NCBI RefSeq assembly: GCF_001194135.2
Contig: NC_068988.1
Coordinates: 14,994,107-15,058,106, forward strand
Reading direction: 5' to 3'
Source: Octopus bimaculoides
Taxonomy: Eukaryota
Length of the DNA stretch: 64,000 nt
Shown here: in pieces, positions 23,966 to 33,300 of the stretch
Layout of the letters: every line of letters begins with the position of its first letter
Position numbering within the stretch: the stretch's first letter is position 1
Made by a program: the position numbers and the translations under genes
Notes under the pieces: generated by a model
Databases searched by the model: none
The model's input: only the letters and a program-made list of their open reading frames with translations
Told to the model about the DNA's origin: nothing

Positions 23966-26496
23966 TTGCGTTTGTTCCCCCAACATTGCTTGACAACTGA
24001 TGTTGGTATGTTTACGTCCTTGTAACTTAGCAGTTCAGCAAAAGAGACCGATAGAATAAGTACTAGGCTTACAAAGAATAAGTCCTGAGGTCGATTTGCT
24101 CGACTAAAGGTGGTTCTCCAGTATGGCCGCAGTCAAATGACTGAAACAAGTAAAAGAGTAAAAAGAGTATATACACAAACACACACATAATCGGCAGAGA
24201 ATTACTTACTTGGCATTATTCCATTCATATTCAGAGATGATTTGTACAAGGAGATCAAGTACATGATGAGCAAGATAGTGAGAACTAAAGAAGACTCTGA
24301 AATGAAACGAATTATATAAAAAATTTTATCATTATCATCAAATTTGTTTATTAAGTAATTGTTGAAAAAAACATAGAACTTATTGTTGGAGGAAGTCCCT
24401 CACTTTTCCTAAAGGTTCCCCAGCTTTAAGGATATTGCAAAAGGCCTGGTCGGAAGCACAACCTTCCAAGATCTTTTACAGGGCTTAGAAAAACTGAAGG
24501 ACCACTGCAATAAGTGTGTGAATCTGAGAGGGGAATATGGTAGATGAAGTCATAATTATCTGAGCCCCTCGTGTGTGTCATCAGTAAGAAAAGGACATCC
24601 CATATTTAAGGCAGAAATAGAAAATTTTCAAACTATGAAGTAAACGATCTGAATCGCTGGTTTTACACACGAGTTAAAGTGTATGCTGTAATATTTGATT
24701 TAATAAGGCAGGGGTTCAGTTAGTGGTTAGGATTTACAGTTAAGGTTTAGGGTTGGGTTTAGGATAAGAGTGAAGATTAGAGTCGAGTTATAGTTGGGTC
24801 TAGGTTAGGAATGGAATATTTTAATGTATTTTAATGGGCGTTAAAAAAAATTTGAAGTGGTAAGAAAAGAATAACGGAGGAACATAAGGATCACAAACAT
24901 ATTTCTATCTTATTACATGACAAGATAAAAGATAGATGCTCTTATCTTTGTAACGATAATACCGGCGGATGTCTGGAACAGCTGTCCTTCGAAGTTCGGC
25001 ACTATCATGCTATTAGCTAGGCAGACAGACAGATACTTCACTAGCAGTGAGCACTTTCACTTCTGACAGCTAATAGCATGATAGTGCCTCTCTACCTTAT
25101 AGTAAAAACTCCGGCGAAATGCCTACACGTGTATGAGAGAAATTTAATAATAAAAAAAGGGGAGACAGGGTCAAAATTCGGTGGAAATAAAAATAAGAGA
25201 ATATATTATAGATATTTTGGTACAAAATGTGGCGTCGAATGAAATCGCATTTTATCGAGTAAATATGTCCAATGGATCTCCGTCGGTTCCAACAATGAGT
25301 GTTGTGTATTCAAGTGTTCCACCTGTTAAATTATTTTGTTCAGGATAAATACACTTTTTGGTATTTTTTCGTTACTACCATCATTTACGTCAACGAAGCA
25401 TTGATACATTCTAAACTAATTCGACTATTAAAACCATCGGGAAACATTTGTTCTTTAAGGTAAATCTTACCTTCAAAGTGAGAAGGGTATAAAATTAAGA
25501 ATTTACCAAAATACCATACAAATAAAATTTAGTAGTGGGCAGGATTTCCGCAGAAGTTTTATATTTTTTTGCTATGGTTACGTTTTGTTTTCATTATATA
25601 GAATCGTTTGAGCGTCGGACAAAATGCCGAGTTCTAATTCCGCCGTGGTCCAACTTCGCCTTGAATACCTCTGAGGTCGATAAAATAAAATATAACAAAA
25701 GTACTGGGGTAGATTATATCGAATTAACCCCTTACCTCAAGTGCTGGCCTTGTATCTAAATCACAAACCATTATATTTAAACCACAGCTGTCACTAGGAA
25801 ACCAGGACGACTTGCTCGTATATACCATGATTTCGCTAATTGTCTCAGATGGTCATTAGCCCCATTTAGTCACAAGCAAACACACACACCTCTAATATAT
25901 CTGTGTGCGAGTATGTTAAAGGAGAAGTTTTCAAACTGTGGTTCGCGGACCACAGGGGGTCCGCAAGGACAAGACAGGGGGTCCGTGGACAGCAAATACT
26001 TTTTATGGGCAATTTGATTTTATATATGTTTTTTAATCGAAATCTTTTAATTGACAATAAACCTATATGTTAAATAAATAAATGTAAAAATATATGTTAT
26101 TTTAAGCAAATATTTATGTATAAATTTCATAAGTGTTTATAAGGGGGTCCCTAAGGTAAAGGCTGAAATATAAAGGGGGTCCGCAAGTCAAAAAGTTTGA
26201 AAACCCCTGCGTTAAAGCATAATTTCATCATCCACATTCGATTCAATTATTCATTGTGCGAAGAACAAAATGATTTTAAACAGTTTCGCAAAAAGTGATT
26301 AATGTCTATAAAAACGAAATATTACAATATGTATACACATCAAGCTTTCAAATATCAAGTATATAAAATATATATATATATATACATATGCATTCTAGTT
26401 GAATATAAACGTAGTTACTAACTGCGCTTTTAATTCCGACAGAAAACTTTCGATCCGTTCATTAACATCCCTTTTATCGACATTTCCAGACGGCAT
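3816..26496 (-). CDS. EIF2B2: Translation initiation factor eIF-2B subunit beta (whole gene, 13 coding exons, 356 aa)
   Basis: complement(join(3816..3900,4826..4962,6616..6675,8535..8595,12727..12860,13088..13147,17202..17298,18096..18145,21063..21122,22335..22380,23234..23353,24210..24296,26423..26496)) = 1071 nt. All introns GT-AG with matching phases. Translation [23 protein letters not shown]...[22 protein letters not shown]...[26 protein letters not shown]...[33 protein letters not shown] matches eIF2B-beta as I recall it. Confidence 0.97.
4086..4496 (-). mobile_element. SINE family A copy
   Basis: Reverse complement of the 11762 copy. Confidence 0.85.
4826..4962 (-). CDS. EIF2B2: EIF2B2 exon 12
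   Basis: [45 protein letters not shown]; GTAAGT donor. Confidence 0.96.
5704..6240 (-). mobile_element. Tandem cluster of three family C SINE pieces ((AAT)n-tailed)
   Basis: Repeated GGATGAAAGGCAAAGT..GAATTTGAACTCAGAAC modules separated by (AAT)/(GAT)n. Further copies at 2120-2480, 39265-39495 and 49780-49895, and in the opposite orientation at 34890-35060 and 42190-42350. Confidence 0.7.
6616..6675 (-). CDS. EIF2B2: EIF2B2 exon 11
   Basis: [20 protein letters not shown]. Confidence 0.95.
6909..7150 (-). mobile_element. tRNA-headed SINE with hammerhead-bearing tail (full copy)
   Basis: Minus strand: GGGCATATGGCATAGTGGTTAAGAGC... head with A/B boxes, an (AAT)n spacer, the hammerhead body and an AATGTAAAT-repeat tail. 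Near-identical to 63471-63741. Confidence 0.8.
6961..7006 (-). ncRNA. Hammerhead motif in EIF2B2 intron 10 (sense), stem III damaged
   Basis: GACAC-CTGAAGA-A-GGCTG-gagtgtatat-CAGCC-GAAA-CATT-GTGTT; G16.2 changed to A. Confidence 0.65.
7886..8214 (+). mobile_element. tRNA-headed SINE family B with poly(A) tail
   Basis: GTGGAGGCGCAATGGCCCAGTGGTTAGGGCAGCGGACTCGCGG head, poly(A) end, AATAAAATT on both flanks. Confidence 0.8.
8535..8595 (-). CDS. EIF2B2: EIF2B2 exon 10
   Basis: [20 protein letters not shown]; GTGAGT donor. Confidence 0.95.
8852..9073. other. Assembly gap (others at 19976-20596, 27698-28331, 29264-29701, 49178-49662, 56320-56385)
   Basis: Runs of N. Confidence 1.
9107..9811 (+). 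mobile_element. Degenerate RTE LINE 3' end
   Basis: [43 protein letters not shown]...[17 protein letters not shown] with stops, then a (GAT)n tail. Confidence 0.8.
11304..11388. repeat. (TA)n microsatellite
   Basis: Uninterrupted TA run. Many other TA, CA, GA, GAT and AAT microsatellites are present, several flanking assembly gaps. Confidence 0.95.
11762..12174 (+). mobile_element. Major tRNA-derived SINE (family A)
   Basis: A box TGGCGGTGTGG, B box GGTTCATTCCC, conserved body, central (TA)/(TG)n, AAGAGTA tail. Many near-identical copies in the window. Confidence 0.85.
12727..12860 (-). CDS. EIF2B2: EIF2B2 exon 9
   Basis: [44 protein letters not shown]. Confidence 0.97.
13088..13147 (-). 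CDS. EIF2B2: EIF2B2 exon 8
   Basis: [20 protein letters not shown]; GTAAGT donor. Confidence 0.95.
13285..13533 (+). mobile_element. RTE LINE 3' UTR-only copy
   Basis: Near-identical to 20597-20828 and 16520-16772; (GAT)n tail. Confidence 0.8.
13603..14000 (+). mobile_element. SINE family A copy (diverged)
   Basis: Same head, body and tail order. Confidence 0.75.
14420..14815 (-). mobile_element. SINE family A copy (diverged)
   Basis: Reverse-complement match to family A. Confidence 0.75.
15387..15990 (+). mobile_element. SINE family A copy, interrupted
   Basis: 5' half 15387-15580 and 3' half 15764-15990. Confidence 0.85.
15581..15763 (-). mobile_element. Penelope-like terminal-repeat fragment inserted in the (TA)n of a SINE
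   Basis: Splits the SINE at 15387-15990. Minus strand reads CCGACGA-A-GGGC-TAC-GCCC-GAAA-CGTC (15667-15692), a hammerhead-like core with U4C and no good stem I. Confidence 0.55.
16520..16772 (+). mobile_element. RTE LINE 3' UTR-only copy
   Basis: As above, with a long (GAT)n tail. Confidence 0.8.
17202..17298 (-). CDS. EIF2B2: EIF2B2 exon 7
   Basis: [32 protein letters not shown]. Confidence 0.96.
18096..18145 (-). CDS. EIF2B2: EIF2B2 exon 6
   Basis: [16 protein letters not shown]; GTAAGT donor. Confidence 0.9.
19796..20828 (+). mobile_element. 5'-truncated RTE-clade LINE (young), partly in a gap
   Basis: Stop-free [60 protein letters not shown], then the gap 19976-20596, then the 3' UTR ending in (GAT)n. 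Confidence 0.85.
21063..21122 (-). CDS. EIF2B2: EIF2B2 exon 5
   Basis: [20 protein letters not shown]; tctcctag acceptor, GTAAGT donor. Confidence 0.87.
21714..22105 (-). mobile_element. SINE family A copy
   Basis: Reverse-complement match; EIF2B2 intron 4. Confidence 0.75.
22335..22380 (-). CDS. EIF2B2: EIF2B2 exon 4
   Basis: [15 protein letters not shown]; phase 2 in, phase 0 out. Confidence 0.88.
23234..23353 (-). CDS. EIF2B2: EIF2B2 exon 3
   Basis: [39 protein letters not shown]; AG/GT boundaries. Confidence 0.96.
23739..24168 (+). mobile_element. SINE family A copy (young)
   Basis: Near-identical to the 11762 and 42585 copies; EIF2B2 intron 2. Confidence 0.85.
24210..24296 (-). CDS. 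EIF2B2: EIF2B2 exon 2
   Basis: tttcag acceptor; [28 protein letters not shown]; GTAAGT donor. Confidence 0.92.
24998..25088. repeat. 21-bp perfect inverted repeat with a 49-nt spacer
   Basis: GGCACTATCATGCTATTAGCT (24998-25018) / AGCTAATAGCATGATAGTGCC (25068-25088). Confidence 0.85.
25922..26209. mobile_element. hAT-type MITE in EIF2B2 intron 1
   Basis: TIRs GAGAAGTTTTCAAACT / AGTTTGAAAACCCCTG; 8-bp TSD TGTTAAAG / CGTTAAAG; internal GGGGGTCC repeats. Confidence 0.75.
26423..26496 (-). CDS. EIF2B2: EIF2B2 coding exon 1
   Basis: accATG start; [24 protein letters not shown]; donor GTTAGT, phase 2. Confidence 0.93.
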
Positions 26497-27275
26497 GGTG
26501 AGAAATTGGTGTGTGTCAGTGTGTCACAATCTCCGACTTAAATAGTAACAGTTGCTGCGCATGTGCGACAGTTTCCTCATTAACCGGTGTAAATAGACTT
26601 GAAGAGAAAATAAACAAATTTCAGAAAATAAGTATTTTTTAATCACATTCAGTTTTTATTTGAAGTAATAAGTTTCAAAAGGTTTATCTTAAGTGTCCCA
26701 TCCAACAAACCCTAAGATATAGAAGCCTAAGGAAAGAGCACGACAGTTCCTTATAGAAACTTGTTGCTGTTTAGCCATGGGTCAGCTCCTATAACCAAGG
26801 TGTTCCCTTCGTAACCATCCCGTCTTTTGTTGTTGTTTTTCTTTCTTTTTAGATACAATGAAACTAGGACATTTTCCAACGCCTGTCCTTTTTTCTAAGA
26901 CGGTGTAGGGTGTGATCTGAGCGAGATTTATACTGCTATTTCTAGCAGATCCAGCGACTAGTTACAGCTCTTTTCTCATAGGCTTAAAAATGTGCTGCAC
27001 CTGCAGAGCTACTTTATCTCGCTGTCTTTTCTGAACTGCTAATGTAAGAGCCTCCTCAAAGAACTTCTTCTTGTATACAGTTATGAGGGGGTTATATGGT
27101 GTGCTTCGATCAAAACTCCACCCAATTTGTTTTCAGCCACTACACAATAAATAACAAAACCCTACACAAGCGAATGACATTTCTCTCAAGGGCAGGTAAC
27201 AATGAAAACGGTAAGTGTACGAAAGGAATCGAAAATGCAGCGGAAATATATTTAGAATATTTGTAATTCATAAAA
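26497..27275. promoter_or_regulatory. Putative bidirectional promoter and 5' UTRs of EIF2B2 and SETD9
   Basis: Divergent ATGs 779 bp apart. NRF1-like TGCGCATGTGCG at 26556-26567. Transcription starts are not determined. Confidence 0.6.
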
Positions 27276-27361
27276 ATGACCCTCAGGAGTTCTTGGATAA
27301 AGAGATGGCGACAGTACAGGCATCGATTCACACCATGGTTAGCTTTCAACTGGACTAATAG
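27276..27361 (+). CDS. SETD9: SETD9 coding exon 1
   Basis: MTLRSSWIKRWRQYRHRFTPWLAFNWTN; donor GTAACT, phase 2. Confidence 0.9.
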
Positions 27362-30300
27362 GTAACTTTTTTTTTTTTTTTTGAAAACTTTTCTTATACT
27401 AGCAATAATAAATCTCTGAGCTACTACTTTTTTCCGAAATTCTCAGTCCTGTCTTTCGTAGTTCCTCTTATAAACATAAAAGTCATAAGCGCTTCTTCGA
27501 TTCATAGGCCCCATTTACTTTGAAAGTGTTTTCCACGGAAACGAAACTTAAAAGAGAATATTAAAATTATGAAAGATGTTTCTGTTAATGAATTTTCATT
27601 TACGACTTTTAAAATATGTAAATCTGGAGAAATAAATTTTCTTTAAAAAAAAAATGAATATGTGCAGGCTTGGCTACGCAGTAAGAAGCTTGCTTCCNNN
27701 NNNNNNNNNNNNNNNNNNNNNNNNNNNNNNNNNNNNNNNNNNNNNNNNNNNNNNNNNNNNNNNNNNNNNNNNNNNNNNNNNNNNNNNNNNNNNNNNNNNN
27801 NNNNNNNNNNNNNNNNNNNNNNNNNNNNNNNNNNNNNNNNNNNNNNNNNNNNNNNNNNNNNNNNNNNNNNNNNNNNNNNNNNNNNNNNNNNNNNNNNNNN
27901 NNNNNNNNNNNNNNNNNNNNNNNNNNNNNNNNNNNNNNNNNNNNNNNNNNNNNNNNNNNNNNNNNNNNNNNNNNNNNNNNNNNNNNNNNNNNNNNNNNNN
28001 NNNNNNNNNNNNNNNNNNNNNNNNNNNNNNNNNNNNNNNNNNNNNNNNNNNNNNNNNNNNNNNNNNNNNNNNNNNNNNNNNNNNNNNNNNNNNNNNNNNN
28101 NNNNNNNNNNNNNNNNNNNNNNNNNNNNNNNNNNNNNNNNNNNNNNNNNNNNNNNNNNNNNNNNNNNNNNNNNNNNNNNNNNNNNNNNNNNNNNNNNNNN
28201 NNNNNNNNNNNNNNNNNNNNNNNNNNNNNNNNNNNNNNNNNNNNNNNNNNNNNNNNNNNNNNNNNNNNNNNNNNNNNNNNNNNNNNNNNNNNNNNNNNNN
28301 NNNNNNNNNNNNNNNNNNNNNNNNNNNNNNNGGGGGGGGGAGGACAAAAGTTTTTTTTATCTCTGTGCCCAAACAATAGCAGATCGCCTGCTATTGTTGA
28401 ATCAATGATGCTACAGCATGTCGAGACAGAAAGTATAACAAAACTAGCTGATGACTCGCCTGCTTTTGAAAACTTGGATAGTCATGGGTTTGTGCACATG
28501 AGGAGTAATTCTTCAATGTCGCATATGAATTTCAATACAGGTTTTTATACGGATCCTGTAGACGGAGGGTGAAGCGAGGCCAAACGTGAATACTAACTAA
28601 CTGCTGGTACTTCAACGGACTTGTTCGCTTCATATTTCATTGAGTTTATGTGGCGGGAAAAGTGTGCGGACGGACACTTTAAACATTTGCTGGCTATCTT
28701 TCGATTTGATGTGAAGAAACGTCAAGTAAAAGCACATAGGTTTTGTTTACATCTAATCGGCCTGTTAGGGTTAGGGTTAGGGTTAGCCGATTATATTTTC
28801 CCTAGAAAAACACCACAAAATAATCGATCGATTGCACCTACATTGTTTTCTTAAACATACACCTGAGGTATTGAACAAGGTATAGTTATGCACTTGCTCG
28901 GGCGGCCTGGTGCGTGCGGCATCGGTGACGGCAATGACTTCAGCCACGTGACGGTTCTGTTTACATGTTAACCTACGATGTAGACCATAACGTGAGGAAT
29001 ATTTGTGAATGAATTCTGAATTACGCTATCATGACACCACGTGGTCTCCCGCTGACTTTTTGTGTGTGTATGTGTGTTTTTACATGTTCAACGGGTGAGG
29101 ATAAACAAAGTCGCTAAAATTGTCGAATATGTACATAAAGTAACACTTTCCTGGGGGAGGTAAAGGACATGGACCACACCAGCTTCAGGTTTTTTTGTTA
29201 TAGTTTTTTTCAACAGAAACCCACCTTTTCGACTACGGAGATTCTGAATCTGCAAAAAGAATCNNNNNNNNNNNNNNNNNNNNNNNNNNNNNNNNNNNNN
29301 NNNNNNNNNNNNNNNNNNNNNNNNNNNNNNNNNNNNNNNNNNNNNNNNNNNNNNNNNNNNNNNNNNNNNNNNNNNNNNNNNNNNNNNNNNNNNNNNNNNN
29401 NNNNNNNNNNNNNNNNNNNNNNNNNNNNNNNNNNNNNNNNNNNNNNNNNNNNNNNNNNNNNNNNNNNNNNNNNNNNNNNNNNNNNNNNNNNNNNNNNNNN
29501 NNNNNNNNNNNNNNNNNNNNNNNNNNNNNNNNNNNNNNNNNNNNNNNNNNNNNNNNNNNNNNNNNNNNNNNNNNNNNNNNNNNNNNNNNNNNNNNNNNNN
29601 NNNNNNNNNNNNNNNNNNNNNNNNNNNNNNNNNNNNNNNNNNNNNNNNNNNNNNNNNNNNNNNNNNNNNNNNNNNNNNNNNNNNNNNNNNNNNNNNNNNN
29701 NGTCTCGCTTACGACGTTGAGGGTTCCAGTTGATCCGATCAACGGAACAGCCTGCTCGTGAAATTAACGTGCAAGTGGCTGAGCACTCCACAGACACGTG
29801 TACCCTTAACGTAGTTCTCGGGGATATTCAGCGTGAGACAGTGTGACAAGGCTGACCCTTTGAATTACAGGCACAACAGAAACAGGAAGTAAGAGTGAGA
29901 GAAAGTTGTAGTGAAAGAGTACAGCAGGGTTCGCCACCATCCCCTGCCGGAGTCTCGTGGAGCTTTAGGTGTTTTCGCTCAATAAACACCCACAACGCCC
30001 GGTCTGGGAATCAAAACCGCGAGTCTGCTGCCCTAACCACTGGGCCATTGCGCCTCCACCCATGCCAGTGTAGAAAGCAGATGTTAAACGATGATGATAA
30101 TGTGTGTGTGTGAATTTCCATAATCTAAAATCAACATGTGATATGTTTGGTCTACAATTCTTTTTCTTATTTTCCCCCTTTTTTTCCTTTACTTTTGAAT
30201 ACAAACTATAAAATTATGTAAAAATGTATTTCTCAACAAATTTCAAACAAAAACTTGTAATTTCACTGCTACTCCAGCCATTGAAAAACCTCTCACTACA

Positions 30301-33300
30301 GCTCAATGTTATTCATTCATTTTCCCTCACCTACATTAAATGTTTTGGACTGCCACTCATCCCCTCTCCTGTCATGGCTGTCTTTCTCAACCAGTTTGGC
30401 TGCAAACAAAAATACATTACTTATTATACATTATTATTTCTTACTTAGGCACAAATTTATAGACTACTGTCTATAAATGAGATTTTATAGCATCAGTGAT
30501 GTTTTTATTATACGTGGAGTTGGCTTCAACTCGATGCAAAAACAGGTTAAGTTGCCAACAACAATAAAATCCATATAATTTGTATTTTTTCTCAAGAATA
30601 ATGTTAATGTTTCATACACATTGTTAATACAAACATATATATGCTTAACTAACTAGACTTTATATAACTGTGTCTATTATACCTGCATGCATATGTCCAG
30701 AGAGAGAGAGAGAGAGAGAGAGAAACTAATTAGGCATAATATAAATGTGTCTATTATACATCTGTGTGTGTAGAGAGAGAAAGAGAGAGATTCACTAGAC
30801 ATCATATAAATATGTACAGGCATCTTCAAAAATTTTGTGACACTTGCAAGTTTGGTAGTGATTATACCTTGCCACTCTTGTCCAATCAGCTCCTGATTTT
30901 GTCCATCCATTGCACTATTTGCTTGCCTCTTGATCTACTAACCCCTACTCTTTTTTTTTTCCATGAAAATGTTTTCCAGACCTCTGCTTCTTTGAATATG
31001 GCCATAATAGATGAGCTTTTGTTTTTACACAATGTTTAAGAGTTGTCTTTCACCTACATGTTGTAAATCCGCCCCCCCCCACTTCCATTCATTTGTCCAA
31101 TGGTCTTTGCAAGAGACTTGTAACATTCTCCTATACACCCACATTTCAAACACATTGTCTTCTCTTCAAATTTGTCAGAGTTCATGCTTTGTGACCATAA
31201 ATATCCTATTGGCCAAATGAACACTTGCACTAACCTTGTTTTTAACTCATTTGGGACACTTTTGCTGCTCCAGATGCTAGTCAAGACTAGCCATGACCTA
31301 ATCCCTTTCTTAAATAATTAATTTTTTTTAATTGCTTATTTCTGAGAATGAAACTTTTTGCCTGAAAAATATAAAGGCTATTAAACTCTTTTCTTTTTGC
31401 ATTGTAAGAAGCTCTTTATCTTCCTCCTCCTCCTCCTCCTCATCATCATCACTTAAAGCCTGTTTTCTATGCTGTCATAGGTTGGATGACTTGACAGCAA
31501 CTGGCAAGGTCAAGGGTCACACCAGGTTCCATAGTCTGCTTTGGCTTGGCTTCTAGATAGACCCCCTTCCTTATGCCAACCACTTCACAGAGTATATTGT
31601 GTGCTTTTTATGTAGCACTTTGGTTTTAGGATATCAATTCTTTTGTGGTGGGTGGCTCCTCTTGAGTAAGGGCAGTCCATCTTCACTATTTTATTATTTT
31701 CATTGTGGATTAAATCACTCTCTCATAGACACAATTTGTTAATTTGCTTTTTAAATTTTTTTTTTTTTTTTTTGCAGAACTAAGCGACATGTAGAAAGTC
31801 CTCAATCCGATAAACTCATTCCAGATTCCTTTATACGTGAAGATCTGTTACGTTTTTGTGAATCTTTATACAGATATGAAACAGCTAAAGAGACAACATT
31901 TAGAAATGGTGAAGATTTTTGTAAAACCACAAGCTTTCTAAGCAGAAATCCATTCTCAACAAATGCAGATATTCATTTGGATAGCTTAGCACTCAGCCAT
32001 GAAATTCTAGGCTTTACCCTTGAGAGAAAATCCAGTAGTTTATCTGAAGCTGGTGGTGGCATATTTGTCACAAAAGGTTCAATACCAGCCAACACGTTTG
32101 TTTGTCTTTATCCTGGTAAGTTTAATTAAAACTGTTGTGTCTGGGGAGAGTCATTTTCTTATTGTGCCTTAAAATTTAACACACTCACTGGTAAAATTTC
32201 CACTTATTTTTCTTTTTATTTTTCTAAAATTTTCATTGCGTCTTGCAACCTTATCAATCTTACCGGTGAGTGTGTTAAATTTTAAGGCACAATAAGAAAA
32301 TGACTCTCCCCAGACACAACAGAATATGCTTCAACACATGAAATCACATAAAAAAATCTTGAAAACCAAATCCAAAAACGAAATTTAATTAAAACATTTT
32401 AGAAAAATCATCATCATCGTCGTCTTAATGTCCTCTTTTCCATGCTTGCATGGATCAAAGAGAATTTGTTGTGACAGATTTTCTACAGCTAGAAGTTCTT
32501 CCTGTCACCAGCTCCCACCTGTTTCCAAATAAGGTAATATTTTCTCATAGCTAAACCTCCTTTTCATGGATGACTGCAATGGGATTGAACCCAGAACCAT
32601 GTGGTTGGGAAGCAAGTTTGTTACCACACAGCCACGCCTGCACCTATTTTCTCAGGATAAATACCACAGGAACTGACCTATCAACAGTGTACAAATATTA
32701 AGTATCATGCATAGATGGCTGTTTAACTTCAATACTACCTCAGTTATGTTTGCCAAATTTTTACTGAATCTTAATTTATTTTAAACACAGGCACAATTTA
32801 TAGAGTTCACGATCCACTCTTCTTTCAAAGTCTTAAAAACCAATTCATTTTCCGCTGCGCTGACCAAATACACATTGATGGTAATGACAGAGGATTATCA
32901 AAACTAATATTCAAGTAAGTGTTGTCTACAGCCCTTACTTGTTTACTGGACATTTCATTTCTTATCAGGATTGTTATGTTATAAAAACAGTTAAGCTATA
33001 CATGTGTATCATTATTTTTCTTATAATTTTATATCACTGTATGCTTTAACCCTTTCACTACCAACCTTTCTGACACCTGATGAAGGCTGGAGGGTATATC
33101 AGCCGAAACGTTGTGCTAACAACAAACAAGATGGGGACAGATATCCGTCGAATGTAAATAATGATCATCATCATAGTTGTATAAAATAAAAACATACCGA
33201 ATATGACAGAAGTGTGACTGTGTGGTTAAAAAGTTTGTTTTGAAGCCCAGTGGTTTAGAGTTCACTCCCAGCTGATGTCATCTACTATGTCTACTTTCTA

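Noticed and set aside
28765-28786. (TTAGGG)3 as a telomere or chromosome-fusion scar
   Set aside because: Too short and embedded in a transposon end.
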